A program made the translations under genes and the position numbers. From NCBI RefSeq assembly GCF_009914755.1, contig NC_060942.1: DNA of 64,000 nt; one strand, 5' to 3'. Below are positions 26,681-41,441 of this stretch, in pieces. How positions within the stretch are numbered: position 1 is the first letter of the stretch; every line of letters starts with the position of its first letter. The stretch is from the human T2T-CHM13v2.0 reference genome, Homo sapiens. A model generated the notes under the pieces. That model ran no database searches and was not told where the DNA came from. It saw only the letters and a program-made list of their open reading frames with translations.

Positions 26681-28189
26681 AATATACAAACATGAAGCAG
26701 AGTAGAATCTATATAATAAAAAATCCTAAATTAAGTATTTATACTTGCACAAATTCAGTGACTGAGATGGCTATAACCACAGAACATGATTTTCCAGAAG
26801 AGATACACCATAATAGGAGCATGATAGATGGAATTATAATTTCTTTCTTGTGTCCAAAGCACAATGAACTTGAGAACCAAGACAGGAAAGGCAGTGAAGA
26901 AAAGGAGTATTCATTAGGTTTTGGAACAAAACCTGCCATTCAGCAAAGGAAAGAAATGGAGGTTGAATTAATCGCCTGAGCCATGCTTCAGATTAGATAC
27001 AAATGCGGGAGGCAGAGTAGGTTTTCCACATGCACAGAGCACACAGGGAATTAATGCTAGGAATATTTAGAACAGCAAGCTGAAGATGGGTCACGTTGAG
27101 AAGACCATCTCATGGCCAGAAAGGTTGGCAGTAAGATTCAGAGCTGGGCGTCAATTCTTGGGGGGAAAATACCCTATTACTATGAATGATAGGTATATAT
27201 AAGGATCAGTGGAAAAGTCTAAACTTTGTTTTTTGTCAAGATAAAGACAAAGATATGGTATCATCTAGGAATAAGTATTTGAAGTAAGGCTGTGGTAACC
27301 CCTGGGACATAAGACCACTGCTCTGGAAACAAATTACTTTTGTTTTGCCTGGTCAGGGGATCACGATGAGGCTTTGTATAGAGCCACAAATGGATTTAGC
27401 TTAGGAAATCTGGAAAGGAGTGAATTGGGAGAAATGAGTCAAAATTTACATGAGTGAGCATGGCTGAAGGATAAATAAGGGTTATAGGTAATTTTGATAT
27501 CTAACATTCCAGGATTTTAACAAAAATAAGTTGATGTTATCTGCTTTTAATATTAAATTTTGTCTCCACTTAAAATCCAAGATGTTATTTTGCTTCACTG
27601 GTACAGAGCTAGTCATTTCCAAATGGTAATTACATAACTCTCTCTTTTTCCCCAAGGAGAAAGTTCATTTTACAAATGCAATACACAAATAAATATAGGC
27701 AACAGTGGAGCTGGGCCTGCAAGCTTTTAGAGAGCAGATAAAATTTGATTAAATTCTTCTTTTGTTGTTATTATGTTTTCATCACCTTTGTCATTGTGTC
27801 TACACTTCTGAACTCCACCTGGGAGTGGCAGTAACAAGGTATCACAAAACTGGCTTTTCTCACTCTAATTCCAACCTGCCAGAAGCAGCAAACATAGGAA
27901 ATCTTGGGAGAAAACCCCTTGTCATACAATTGACTGCCCAATTTTGCAAACCCGAGAGGTTTAGCTACTAGTAGTTGCCAGAGTTTCAAATAAGCTTACC
28001 AAGTTGAGGTTATTTATCCATAATAAACTTGTAAATATTTCAGATAAAAACCATGAGTTTTCAGCTTAGTGTATAGTGATGAATACTTTTGGAGGATTTC
28101 AGACAAAGAAAGAAGTTTATTATACAGTGGATGCTATATAATTTTGCTTTTTCTGTTATTATCTAATATTTATGGCTAAGATTATACCA

Positions 28190-28320
28190 TTGCAGAACTA
28201 AAAGAGACCTTGGAGATAATTTGATTTAATGAGTTCATTTTATAGAAAAGTCTGAAAATGAGTTACCCAAGATCACACAGTTATTTAGTAGAAGAACTGA
28301 AATAAGAATCAGGTTTTATA
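28190..28320 (-). mobile_element. MIR3/MIR fragment
   Basis: gagaccttggagataat...cattttatag...ttacccaagatcacacagttatt. Confidence 0.6.
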
Positions 28321-30563
28321 ACTCTGCACAGGCATATACTCCATTCAGAAATAGAATTGAATTCACTTCAACTGAAGCCCAGAGCTGTTCTACAAAAGAA
28401 GTAAAAGGTATAATATTTTTTCTCTCAATAGCCTTACACTGTCTACAAAACACACAAGCAAAGCAGATGATTCTTTTTGACCACAGACAACTCTAACCTA
28501 AACTGAATCCGTTGAAATAGGAAATGTGTGATATTCTGGTCCAGAAACCTTAATGAAGGTAGCCATTAAGTTGAGCTTTGATGGATAGCAGGAGATAGGT
28601 ACTTTACTATAATATATATACAGAAGTGTGTAGAGTCAGGAATTTTTTTAAATGGAAATGAGAATCACATATGAATGTGATAAAGACAGGAGAAACTGTA
28701 TACTGTTATCTTCTTAAATTAATAAGACTGAAACATTTTAGTCATGAGGAATGTCCCCCCGTTTTTTTTTTTTTTACTTTTAGAGTCTTTTACTGGGTTA
28801 TCAAACTATTCTTGAATAAAAGTAAAAGTGAAAAGTGTATCTTAGTCTTTTTGAGCTTCTGTATAAAAAGACCATAACACTGCTAAGTTATGAACAACAG
28901 AAATGTATGTCCTACAAAATAATATCAAAAATTATAATTATTTTAATTATATCATTAATTTGTTGGCAAACTTGATAAAGCAGTTATACTATTTATTTTC
29001 CTGCATCAGTGAGAGTTCATGTTCCACATCCTGAATGTAAATCAGTGTGTAAAACATAGAAGAAAAATAAAGTTCAGAAATTATATAGTAAGCAATGTCA
29101 TACCATAAATAATAATTGTATTAAAATATTCTTATCACAGACTCTCTTCTTTCTCATCTTTATGAATCCAAAAAATTCATAAACAACTTAGCCTAGTTTT
29201 TCCCTCTGAAATTTAAATCTGCTGCTTTTTTTCCCCACTTAAACTGTTTTCTGGGTTACTTCAGTATCAGTGCTAATTGTTTTAGATTTCTGCTTCTGCC
29301 CAAGATGGATTAACAGGGACAGATTTGTCCTCCCTTCTGAAGCTACAAATATAAAGATGATAAAGGCAATTTTACAAGTTTTCAAGACACTGAATGTTAG
29401 GTAGCAAAAAAGAGTTATCTCTGAAAGACAGAAAACAAATGAATGAGTTGTATGATTTCTCTAGCTTACTGCCATGAGAATTTTTGGGCTACAAGGCATC
29501 CAAGTGGACTCATGCACTTGAGGAGATGGAATTAAAATTCTGAGGAAACCAAGGCAGCTAGAATTCACAGGACAGAGTACCAGGAAGGAGAGACTATGCA
29601 AAGAGCACATGCTGGAGAGCTATACAGGGTTCTTCTAAGGTACTTAATCTTCTAAGGTACTTAGCAGAGTACTAATAAATGCAACCCCATAAGGAAAATA
29701 TCTGAAACTATGGTAAAGGTCAACTGAAAGAATTAGAAGAAACACCACTCAGCATTCAATCACATCTTCGAAAAGCATCACCATTCCCGTAGGACCCATT
29801 AGAAAAAAAAATCATAGTTCATGGGACATTAGAGATTTTGCCTTAGTAGTGGGAAATAATTACTGTAGGCTGAGCACTACTCTAGACCTGCCTAACAAAT
29901 GATGAAGGTATCAAGCCTATAAGTATCGGAGTGTTTCTAAATAAATTAAGTGCATAGCAGAACAAAGCTCAAAAATATTTTTAAGAATACAAAAGTATAT
30001 AGCATTTAACCAGGTAAAATTTAGAATGTTGGAAATATAATTACAGTATACTAGGTATGAACAGAAGTAGGAAAACATTTCCATATTGAGGAAAAGAATC
30101 AATCAACCGAAAGTGACCATGATGTGACAGAGATCTTAAAATTGTCAAAGATTGTTAAAACAGTTTTTATAACTCTATTCCATATGTACAAAAAGTTAAT
30201 CAGAAGCATGAAAGATATAAAAGTGACCCAAATGAGAGTTCAACCAATGACAACTACAATGACTAAAATAAAAAATAACCTGGGTAGAATTAAGGGCAGA
30301 TTAGACAGAAAAAATGATTAGTTAACTTCAAGATATAGCTCAGTTGGCTTCACTGGTGAATTATTCCAAACATTTAAGGAATAAATAATAAACATTCTAC
30401 ACAAACTCTTCCAGAAAACTGAAAGGAGGAAATCTTTCCCACGTAACTCTGTGAAATAAGCATTATCTGCTACCAAAACCAGGCAATTACATTAAAAGAA
30501 CAGAAATGAAACATTCAATTATCTCATAAATCTTCTTTCTAAACAAAATTTGATGAATCCAAC

Positions 30564-30938
30564 TATATGGTTTGTGTCTCCATCCAAATCTCATTTGAAT
30601 TATAATCCCCAATGTGGTAGGAGACGCCTGGTAGGAGGTGATTGGATCATGGGGCAAATTTCCCCTTTGCTGTTCTTGTGATAGTGAGTGAGCTCTCACG
30701 AGATCTGGTTGTTCAAAACTATGTCGCATCTCCCCCTTCACTCTCTTCTTTCTTCTCTGGCTGTATAAGATATACCTCCTTCCTCTTCCCCTTCCACCAT
30801 GTTCATAAGTTTCCTGAGGCCTCCCCAGCCATATTTCCTGTACAGCCTGTGGAACCATGAGCCGATTAAACCTCTTCTCTTCATAAATTATCCAGTCTCA
30901 GGGAGTTCTTTTTAGCAATAGAAGAACAGAATAATACA
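30564..30938 (+). mobile_element. MSTA MaLR solo LTR
   Basis: ccaaatctcatttgaattataatcccc...ggtgattggatcatgggg...tttcctgaggcctccccagcc...attaaacctctt...aataca. Confidence 0.9.
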
Positions 30939-31627
30939 CCCAAAATACATATGACATATAATATGACATGACCAGGTAGTATTTATTCCAGGAATTCAGG
31001 ATTGGTCTAACATGCAATTCATTATATTAACAGACTAAAAAATATAGTCGTTCAAAAAGACACAGGAAAAATGTTTTATAAAGTCCAGTATCTATTCTTG
31101 TTAAAAACTCTTGGCAAGTCAGGGATAGAGGGAACTTCTTCAACCTTAAATATAATAACTACAAAAAACACATAGTTAATATCACACTTAATGGGTGAAA
31201 GACTGAATTACTTTCCCCTAAGATCAGAACAAGTTGAAGATGTCTGCCCTCACCAATTCTGTCCAACTTTTTCCTAAAGTTTCTAATCAGTGCAATGAAG
31301 AAAATAAAAGACATTCAGGTTGGAAATGAGAAAGTAAAACTGTCTTTATTGAGAGAAAACTTCAGTGTCTATACAGAGTTGAATGAGATCTACAAAAGCT
31401 ACAAAGCTAGTAAGCCACTTAAGCAAGATTACAGAATACAAGATCAATCAATTTATCAAAATCAATTATACCTCTATATGTTAGTGTTAATATTTGAAAC
31501 TTAAAATTTGAAGACTAAGATTTATAATAGTATAAAAATGAAATACTTAGCTGTAAATCTGACAGGAGAAGTGAAAAACCTGTCTACTGAAATTGCAAAA
31601 TATTGAGGCAATAAATTTAAGAACTAA

Positions 31628-31998
<371 letters not shown>

Positions 31999-33074
31999 AC
32001 AACTTTAGTTTAGACAAAGATTTCTCAGATAAAAATTCAACACCATGATCTACTTATAAAGTTATATAATGGACTTCATCAAATCTTCTTCACGTCAAAA
32101 GATACTGTTAAGATAGTAAAAGGATAAGCCACCACCTGGGAAAACAATATTTGCAAAACATACATCTAATAATGAACTTGTTTCCTAAATATATAAATAA
32201 CTCTTAAATCTCATAAATAAGAAACAACACATTTTTAAATGGGCACAATATATGAACAATTTACAAAAGAATATATACAGTTGACAAATAAATGTATGGA
32301 AATATGCTAAATAACATTAGCCTTTAAAGAAATCTAAGTTGAAACTACAACAGGATACTGCTGCACATATTATAATATCTAAAATTAAAAAGACCAAAAC
32401 ATCAAGTGTTTGTGAAAATACAGAGGAACTGGAACTCTCACACAGTTGGTGGGGACCTAAGATAGCACAACACTTTGGATAACATTGTGTTAGTTTCTTA
32501 TAAAGTAAAACCTATGCCTACCATATTATTTACAGTTCACTCACTCCCAAATATTTATATATCTATACAAAAGAATTGGGGGAAAGGATTAAGCATGTGT
32601 ACTTACAAAGACTTATAAAGTCTGGTACAGGAATGTTCATGGTAGCTATATCTGAATAGACAACATCTGGAAATAATAGAAATAAGAAAATGGATAAGTA
32701 AAATTGTATTTTATAGATGTAATGGAATACTATTTACAAATAAAATGGAAGAAACAATTGATACACAAAACACAGATAAATATCAAAGCAGTTATACTGT
32801 TTTAAATATATATAATTCCACATTTTAAAAAGAGATCCTTCCCAGGCGCTGTGGCTCACGCCTGTGATCCCAGCACTTTGGGAGTCCAAGGCAGGTGGCT
32901 CACTTGAGTCCAGGAGTTTGAGATCATCCTGGGCAACATGGTAAAACCTCATTTCTACAAAACATGAAACAAGAAAAATTAGCTTGGTGTGGTGGCATAT
33001 GTCACAGCTACTCTGGAGGCTGAGCTGGTAGGATCACTTAAGCCCAGAAGGATGAGGCTGCAGTAAACTGTGAT

Positions 33075-34734
<1,660 letters not shown>

Positions 34735-34791
34735 TAAACTGTGATCTTGCCACTGCACTCCAACCTAGGCAGCAAAGGGAGATCCTGTGTC

Positions 34792-34929
34792 AAGAAGAAG
34801 GAGAAGAAGGAGAAGGAGGAGAAGAAGAAGAAGAAGAAGAAGAAGGAGAAGAAGGAGAAGGAGAAGGAAAAGAAGAAGAGGAAGAGGGAGAGGAAGAAGA
34901 TGAAGAAAAGGAGAAGATGAAGAAGAGAG
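34792..34929 (+). repeat. (GAA/GGA)n polypurine triplet repeat replacing the AluJ A-tail
   Basis: aagaagaaggagaagaaggagaaggaggagaagaagaagaa...; almost pure purine for about 135 bp. Confidence 0.95.
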
Positions 34930-37277
34930 ATCTAGTAAATGCAAAAAAAAACAGATCAATGATTGTCTGGAGATGGTTGGAAGGGAGGCATTATAAAGGA
35001 TGAAAAGAAACATTTGAGATGATGAATGTTTCTGATTTTTACTGCAGTGATGGTTTCACAGGTGTATACATTTATCAAAATGAAATAAATTGTATACTTT
35101 GAGTATGTGCATTTTGTGATATGTCAATCATACCTGATTTATACAAAAAACCTTCCTTATCAATTTTTCCACTTCTTTTACCTTCTTTTCTCATTCTATG
35201 ACAAAATCCATTCTCTTGTATTCTAAGTTTTCAGTCTTTCTCTTGATCTGAGATTTGCATCTCATAAAATCAGAATGGATAGACAGAAAATTTTAATTAA
35301 GTTGTAATACATAGAGAAAGGGCTAAAAAAATAAAATAAGAAAATCTCTCAATTATTATACTCGACTATATTGTATTATAAATCATTAGTCTTTCTTTCT
35401 CTCTTGTCCGGTAAACCATGTGATCTCTGAGTGCCTTATTAATCTTTTTTTCGTATAATTCTGACACACAGTCATCCTTTAATATGTTATTTTAAGTGGA
35501 TGAATGAATGATGTCTTGCCTTAAGAATATAACAATTTAATGGGAAAGACAAGACATAAATCTGAGGGCTATAAAAACTCTTTCACATCATATAGGAACA
35601 ATCAGGAAAAGAATTGCACCCTGGGTTGGAAAGGGTGCAAAACAGTATTGGTCACAATTAGTGCAACAACAAAAATCCAAGAGAAATAAAGGAATAAGGT
35701 ACATTTGAGGTGGATGGTAATCATTTGACTATTTTCACCACATAGCCATCCATCTCCTGCCCTTTCAACTCACCTGCCACTCCTCTCTTTTTTACACAGT
35801 CAATTGAGTGTTTTTATTCTTTAGTTAAAGGTTTCCTGTTGCTCCTTTGTGCTCCGCCCGGCTTCTGCCATTTCTATTTCTCCTTCGCATGTCTACCTCA
35901 GGAAGGTGGCTTTCATACCTAAACGATGGGGTAAACACCAGTGTGAGAGACCACCGATTCCTATTCAGAAAAACGCTATTGAAATTGGAGCTGGTTTCTT
36001 GAAGATTTCACTGAACTGAAGCTCCTTCTTCCTTTATTTTACACAAAGAGGATTTTTCACCCTTAAGATGCTGGCCCATCTGTTAAAACCTCTTTCTCTT
36101 AAGCTGTACCTCTGCATGGCTTCCGTTATAAGCTTGGCTAAAGAATTCTTAATGAATTCCCCTTTATCAGCAAGACTCAGCTCTTGCAAGGAGGATTTGC
36201 TACTTTTAATTCTATACGGAACACAAATGGGTCACCAAATTGTTCTGTGCTATAACTGACAAGATTTGTTGCCATCATTTAATTACAATAAATTTTCAAT
36301 TTTTGAGAGACTTCTTTAAGTTATATAACTGTACATATTAGGCATAAGGGGTATGGAAAAAAATGTGTCCAAGGTCCTGAATTGGACTTGGGAAAGCAAT
36401 TATTTAAAGAAGGGCTGAGTTCTGGGATAGCAAGGGCCATGTAACACATGACTTCAGAGTAAGAAAACTTATGGAAGCCAACTACTTCCCAGAATTGGTG
36501 GACATAAACGTATATCAAAGCAGTCATAGAATTATAATTATCAAGACATTTGGGGATGTTGCAGTTTGAAGATAGACTATTTAGATTTCTAGTTGAGGGA
36601 AGGCTCAGAGGAGATACAGTTTGCTGCAGCGATCTTCCCTTCCTGTGAATGTTACTCCAATTGTTGCCTGAATAAATAATATGCTAGTTCACCATATAGT
36701 GTGTTCTATAGTAGTCTTGAAGTATACCTGAAATAAGTCTCTATGCTTATCCTACATTTCCCCAAATTATATGATTCTCAGGGGCAAAGCCCATGTGTGC
36801 TTGGTTTACAATGGGTGGTGGCACAGTCTCTTACTTATAGTTTGTGTTCAATAAATATGTTAATTTTTGATTTCACTACAATTTTTTAAACTGAATGTAG
36901 CTTGTATGGTAAATTAGTATAATAGAATCAAAGCAAATATTGTAAAATCTTGACAAACATAAAACGCATTAAAAGAAGTACTACTTAAAGTCCGTTGTAG
37001 AAGCAGCATGAATCACACTACTAGGTAGATGTTGAATGGTTTGGGAGGTAGAAAGGAAAAATTAAACATTAACGGATGAAAATGCAAACTTGTATATTTA
37101 GGAGACATGTCTAACTTTTGAAATTACAAGAATGTAACAACAACCACAGCAACAAAAATCCACGAGTTGTACTTATTTTCTCAGATAGCATGAGAATTTG
37201 CTTCTTTTGCTTTTGATTCTTAGGCATTCTTGTGATCTTGATGGACTGTGATCTTGAGGCACTTAACTGATATCATT

Positions 37278-37757
37278 AGTATTCATCTTCTTTGGCTGCT
37301 ATAAAAAAATACCACAAAGTTGGTAGCTTATGACAACAGAAATTTATTTCCTCACTGTTCTAGAAGACAGAGTCCTGAAATCAGTATCACTGGTCCAAAA
37401 TAATGGCATCAACAGTGCCACGCTTCCTCTGTAGGTTCTAGAGGAAAATCCTTTCTTTTCTTCCTCTGACTTCTCGTAGATGCTGGCATTCCATGGCTTT
37501 TGCCTACGTAATTCCAAAGGTTCCTCTGTAGTCAGGTGACCTGATCTTTTTCTGTTTGTCAAGTCTCCCTGTACCTTTCTCTTACATATACACTTGTGAT
37601 TACATTTAGTGCACAGCATATAACTCAGTATGATCTCTTGATCTCAAGGTCTTTTACTTAACACTCATGCGTAGATTCTTTCTGCAAATAACGTAGCATT
37701 TTTAGGTTTCAGAGATTGGGACCTGGTAACATTGGAGTCAATTATCAGCCTATCATA
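37278..37757 (-). mobile_element. MLT1 (MLT1D-like) MaLR LTR
   Basis: ggctgctataaaaaaataccacaaagttggtagcttatgacaacagaaatttatt...gctggcattccatggctt...attatcagcctatca. Confidence 0.8.
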
Positions 37758-37784
37758 ATAGCTATTATTGTATTGCTGTTATTA

Positions 37785-38040
37785 CATGTAGCATAATGGG
37801 CTAGAATTTTGATTTTGTAATTGGACAGAGCTGAGTTCATATCCCTGTATCAGCTAAAACATACTGAAAAAAATGAACCTCTCTGTGGTTCAGTTTTCCC
37901 AACTGTTAAATGAGTATATGTATGAATAGTTTATCACACTATTGTTATAATGATGAAATAGGATAGTGTATATAACATTTTAGCACAGTTTGTACTTTTG
38001 TAAAACATAAATTCAACATAAATTATAGGTACCATTATTT
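37785..38040 (+). mobile_element. MIR
   Basis: gacagagctgagttcatatcc...aacctctctgtggttcagttttcccaactgttaaatg...acattttagcacagt. Confidence 0.7.
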
Positions 38041-40203
38041 TTACTAAATTAATAAAACTACTAATTTATTCAAAGCAAAATGTCAGTTAATCTAAAGGTT
38101 ATAAAATTTCATAAAGTTTTAGCTGCTGTTTTCAGAAGTTTGTAATTGCTGAGATAAAATTCACATGCATAAAACATACCAGAAAATTAGAAAATGTATA
38201 CTGGAAATCATAAATGCTAGAGCTGGGCAAAATAACCATTAATCAAGGTCATGGACAAAGTTTTTCCTTTTTCCAATTTTTAAAATTGTGATAAAAGATG
38301 TTTCATATGAAACTTATCATTTTAATTATTTTTAAGTGTACAATCCAGTGTTATTCATAATATTTGACAATCATAGCCATCATCATTTTTCATCTTATAA
38401 AACTAAAGCTCTACACCCATTTATCTCCTCATTCCCCCACTCCCTAGCCACAGGCAACAGCCATTCTATTTTTGTATTTATGATTTCAACTACCTTAAGT
38501 ACCTCATATAAGTGGAATCATATAAAATTTTTCTCTTTTGTGATTGGCTTATTTCTCTTAGCATAATATTCTACAGGCACATCCGTGGTGAGCATATTTC
38601 AAAATTTCCTTCCTTTTTAAGGATGAGAAATAATTCATGGTATGTATATATACCACATTTGGATTATCCATTCATTCATTGATGAATGTGTGGGTTGCTT
38701 CAAAATTTTAGCTATTATTAATAATGTTGCTATAAACCATGGGCATACAAACATCTTTTTGAAACCTTGCCTTCAATTATTTTGGATATGTACTCAGAAG
38801 TGGAATTTCTGAATCATATGCTAATTCTGTTTCTAAGTTTTTGAGGATCCACCATACTGCTTTCCACAGTGGCTGCATGATTTTACATTCTCACCAACAG
38901 TGCACAAAGGTTCCAATTTCTTCATATCCTTGGCAACATTTGTTGTTTTCAGTCTTTTTGATAGTAACCATCCTAATAGGTGTGAGGTAAAATCTCATTA
39001 GGGTTTTGATTTACATTCTCAGATAATTAGTGATGATGAGCATCTTGTCATGTGGTTAGTAGTCATTTAGATATCTTTTTTGGAGAAATGTCTATTCAAG
39101 TCCCTTGCTTATGTTGAATCATTTTTGTTTTTTGTTGTTGAGTTTTAGAAGTTTTCTATGTAATTTGGATATTAATTCTCTACCGGATATGTTACTTGCA
39201 AATATTTTTTCCCACTTACAAATATTTTCTCCCTTGCCTTACTTTTTACACTGTTCATGTTGTTTTCGTGTACATTTTAATGAATAAATTTATTAAATCT
39301 AATTTATTTTTTCCTTTTGTTGCCTGTGCCTTTAGTATCATTTCCAAGAAATCATTGCCAAATCTACCATCATTAAGATTTTGTCCTTTGTTTTCTTCTA
39401 GGGGTTTTATAGTTTTAGGTTTTAAATGTAGGTATTTGATTTATTTGCCTTTGTTTTTGTATATGGTATTAAGTAAGGGTTCAGCTTCATTCTTTTAAAT
39501 GTCGATGTTCAGTTTTCTCAGCAATATTTATTGAGCAGACTGTCTTTTCCCCATTAAATCACCTTGGCACACATGTTAAAAAACAATTGACCGTATATTC
39601 AAGGAGGTGTTTCTGAGTTCTCTATTCCATTTCATTTGTCTAAATGTCTATCTTTATGCCACTACCACACTATTTTGATTACTGTAGTTTTGTAGTAAAT
39701 TTTGAAAAGATGAAATGTGATTCCCTTATCTGTGTTCTTATTTTTCAAAATTATTTTTGCTATTCAGGATCCCTTGGGATTCCATATGAATTTCAGAATA
39801 GATTTTCCTACATCAGTAAAAAATGTCATTGGAATTTTGAGAGGAATTTCACTGAATCTATCGATTACTTAAGTAGCATTGTTATCTTAACAATATTAAG
39901 TCTTATAATCCATGAACATAAGATGTGTTTTCATTATTTTATGTCTTCTTTAATTTGTTTCAGCAATGTTTTGTAGTATTCGTTGTGCAACTCTTTCACT
40001 TTCATTAATCACACTATTTTATTATTTTAGATGCTGTACTAAATAAAATTATTTTTAATTTTTCCTGTACAGATTGTTCACTCTTAATGTGTAGAAATGC
40101 AACTGATTTTTTGCATGTTGACCATGTATCCTGCTATTTTGCTTAATTTATTAGTTTTACAGTTTGTGTGTATGTGTGTAACCTTTACATACAAGAGTTT
40201 TCT

Positions 40204-40628
40204 TTTTTATTATTATTATACTTTAAGTTCTAGGGTACATGTGCACAACGTGCAGGTTTGTTACATAGGTTTACATGTGCCATGTTAGTTTGTTGCACTC
40301 ATTAACTCATCATTTACATTGGGTATTTCTCCTAATGCTATCCCTTCCCCAGTCCCTCATCCCATGACAGGCCCTGGTGTGTGATGTTCCCCTCCTTGTG
40401 TCCAAGTGTTCTCATTGTTCAATTCCCACCTATGAGTGAGAACATGCAGTGTTTGGTTTTCTGTCCTTGTGATAGTTTGCTCAGAACAATGGTTTCCAGG
40501 TTCATTCATGTCCCTGCAAGGGACAGGATCTCATCCTTTTTTATGACTGCATAGTATTCCATGGTGTATACGTGCCACATTTTCTTAATCCAGTCTATCA
40601 TTGATGGATATTTGGGTTGGTTCCAAGT
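40204..40628 (-). mobile_element. L1PA6-like 3' fragment (about 430 bp) with long TSD
   Basis: ctttaagttctagggtacatgtgcacaacgtgcaggtttgttacatagg; duplicated CTTTACATACAAGAGTTTTCT at 40183-40203 and 40629-40649. Confidence 0.95.
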
Positions 40629-40999
40629 CTTTACATACAAGAGTTTTCTACATACAAAATCATATCAGCTGTGAGCAGAGATAATTTTATACTTTTCTTT
40701 CCAATTTAGAAGTCCTTAATTTCTTTTTTACTTGCCTAATTTCTAGCCTGATTGGTCTAGTACTTTCATTACTATATTAAATAGAAATGGCAAAAATTAG
40801 TGTCCTTTTTTGTTTCATATCTTAGGGGAAAATCTTTCAGTCTTTCACCATTGAGTGTGATGCTAACTGTGAATTTTTAATATATGACCTTTATTATGTA
40901 GAGCTAATTTCCTTTTGTTCCTAGTTTTTGAGCATTTTTAATCATGAAAGAATGTTGAATTTTGTCAAATGTTTTTGCTGCAGCAATGGAAATAAACAT

Positions 41000-41441
41000 T
41001 AGTATAGTTTGGATATTTGTCCCCACCCAAATATTATGTAGAAATATAATGCTCAGTGTTAGAGGTGGGGCCTGGTGGGAGGTGTTTGGACCAATGGGGC
41101 AGATTCTTCATGACAGGCTTGTGCCATTCCCTTGGTGATAAGCAAGGTCTCACTCTGAGTTCACATAAGATCTCGTCATTTAAAAGTGTGTGGCACCTTC
41201 CCTGCCACCTCTCTTTCTCACTTGCTCTTGCTTTCAACATGTGATGTGCCTGTTTCCTTTTCACCTTTCACCTTAATTGAAAGCCCTCTGTAAGACCTCC
41301 CTAGAAGCAAAGCAGATGCCAGAACTATGCTTCCTGTAAATCCTTTTGAACTGTGAGCCAATTAAACCTCAATTTTTTTGTTTTTTATAAATTACCCAAT
41401 TTCAGGTAGTTCTTTACAGCAAGCAAGAATGGCCTAATACA
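41000..41441 (+). mobile_element. MSTB MaLR solo LTR
   Basis: tatagtttggatatttgtccccacccaaa...ggtggggcctggtgggaggtgtttgga...gcagatgcc...ggcctaataca; near-TSD AACAT/AAAAT. Confidence 0.9.

Noticed and set aside
26557-26979. 140-aa ORF
   Set aside because: Non-ATG start, overlaps L2 relic sequence and shows no recognisable domain
29631-29663. Short local duplications (also about 12380, 37230, 43175 and 55820)
   Set aside because: Ordinary 10-18 bp slippage duplications, mostly inside decayed repeats
35614-35640. 9-bp stem hairpin TTGCACCCT...AGGGTGCAA
   Set aside because: Too short to exceed chance and has no RNA-family features
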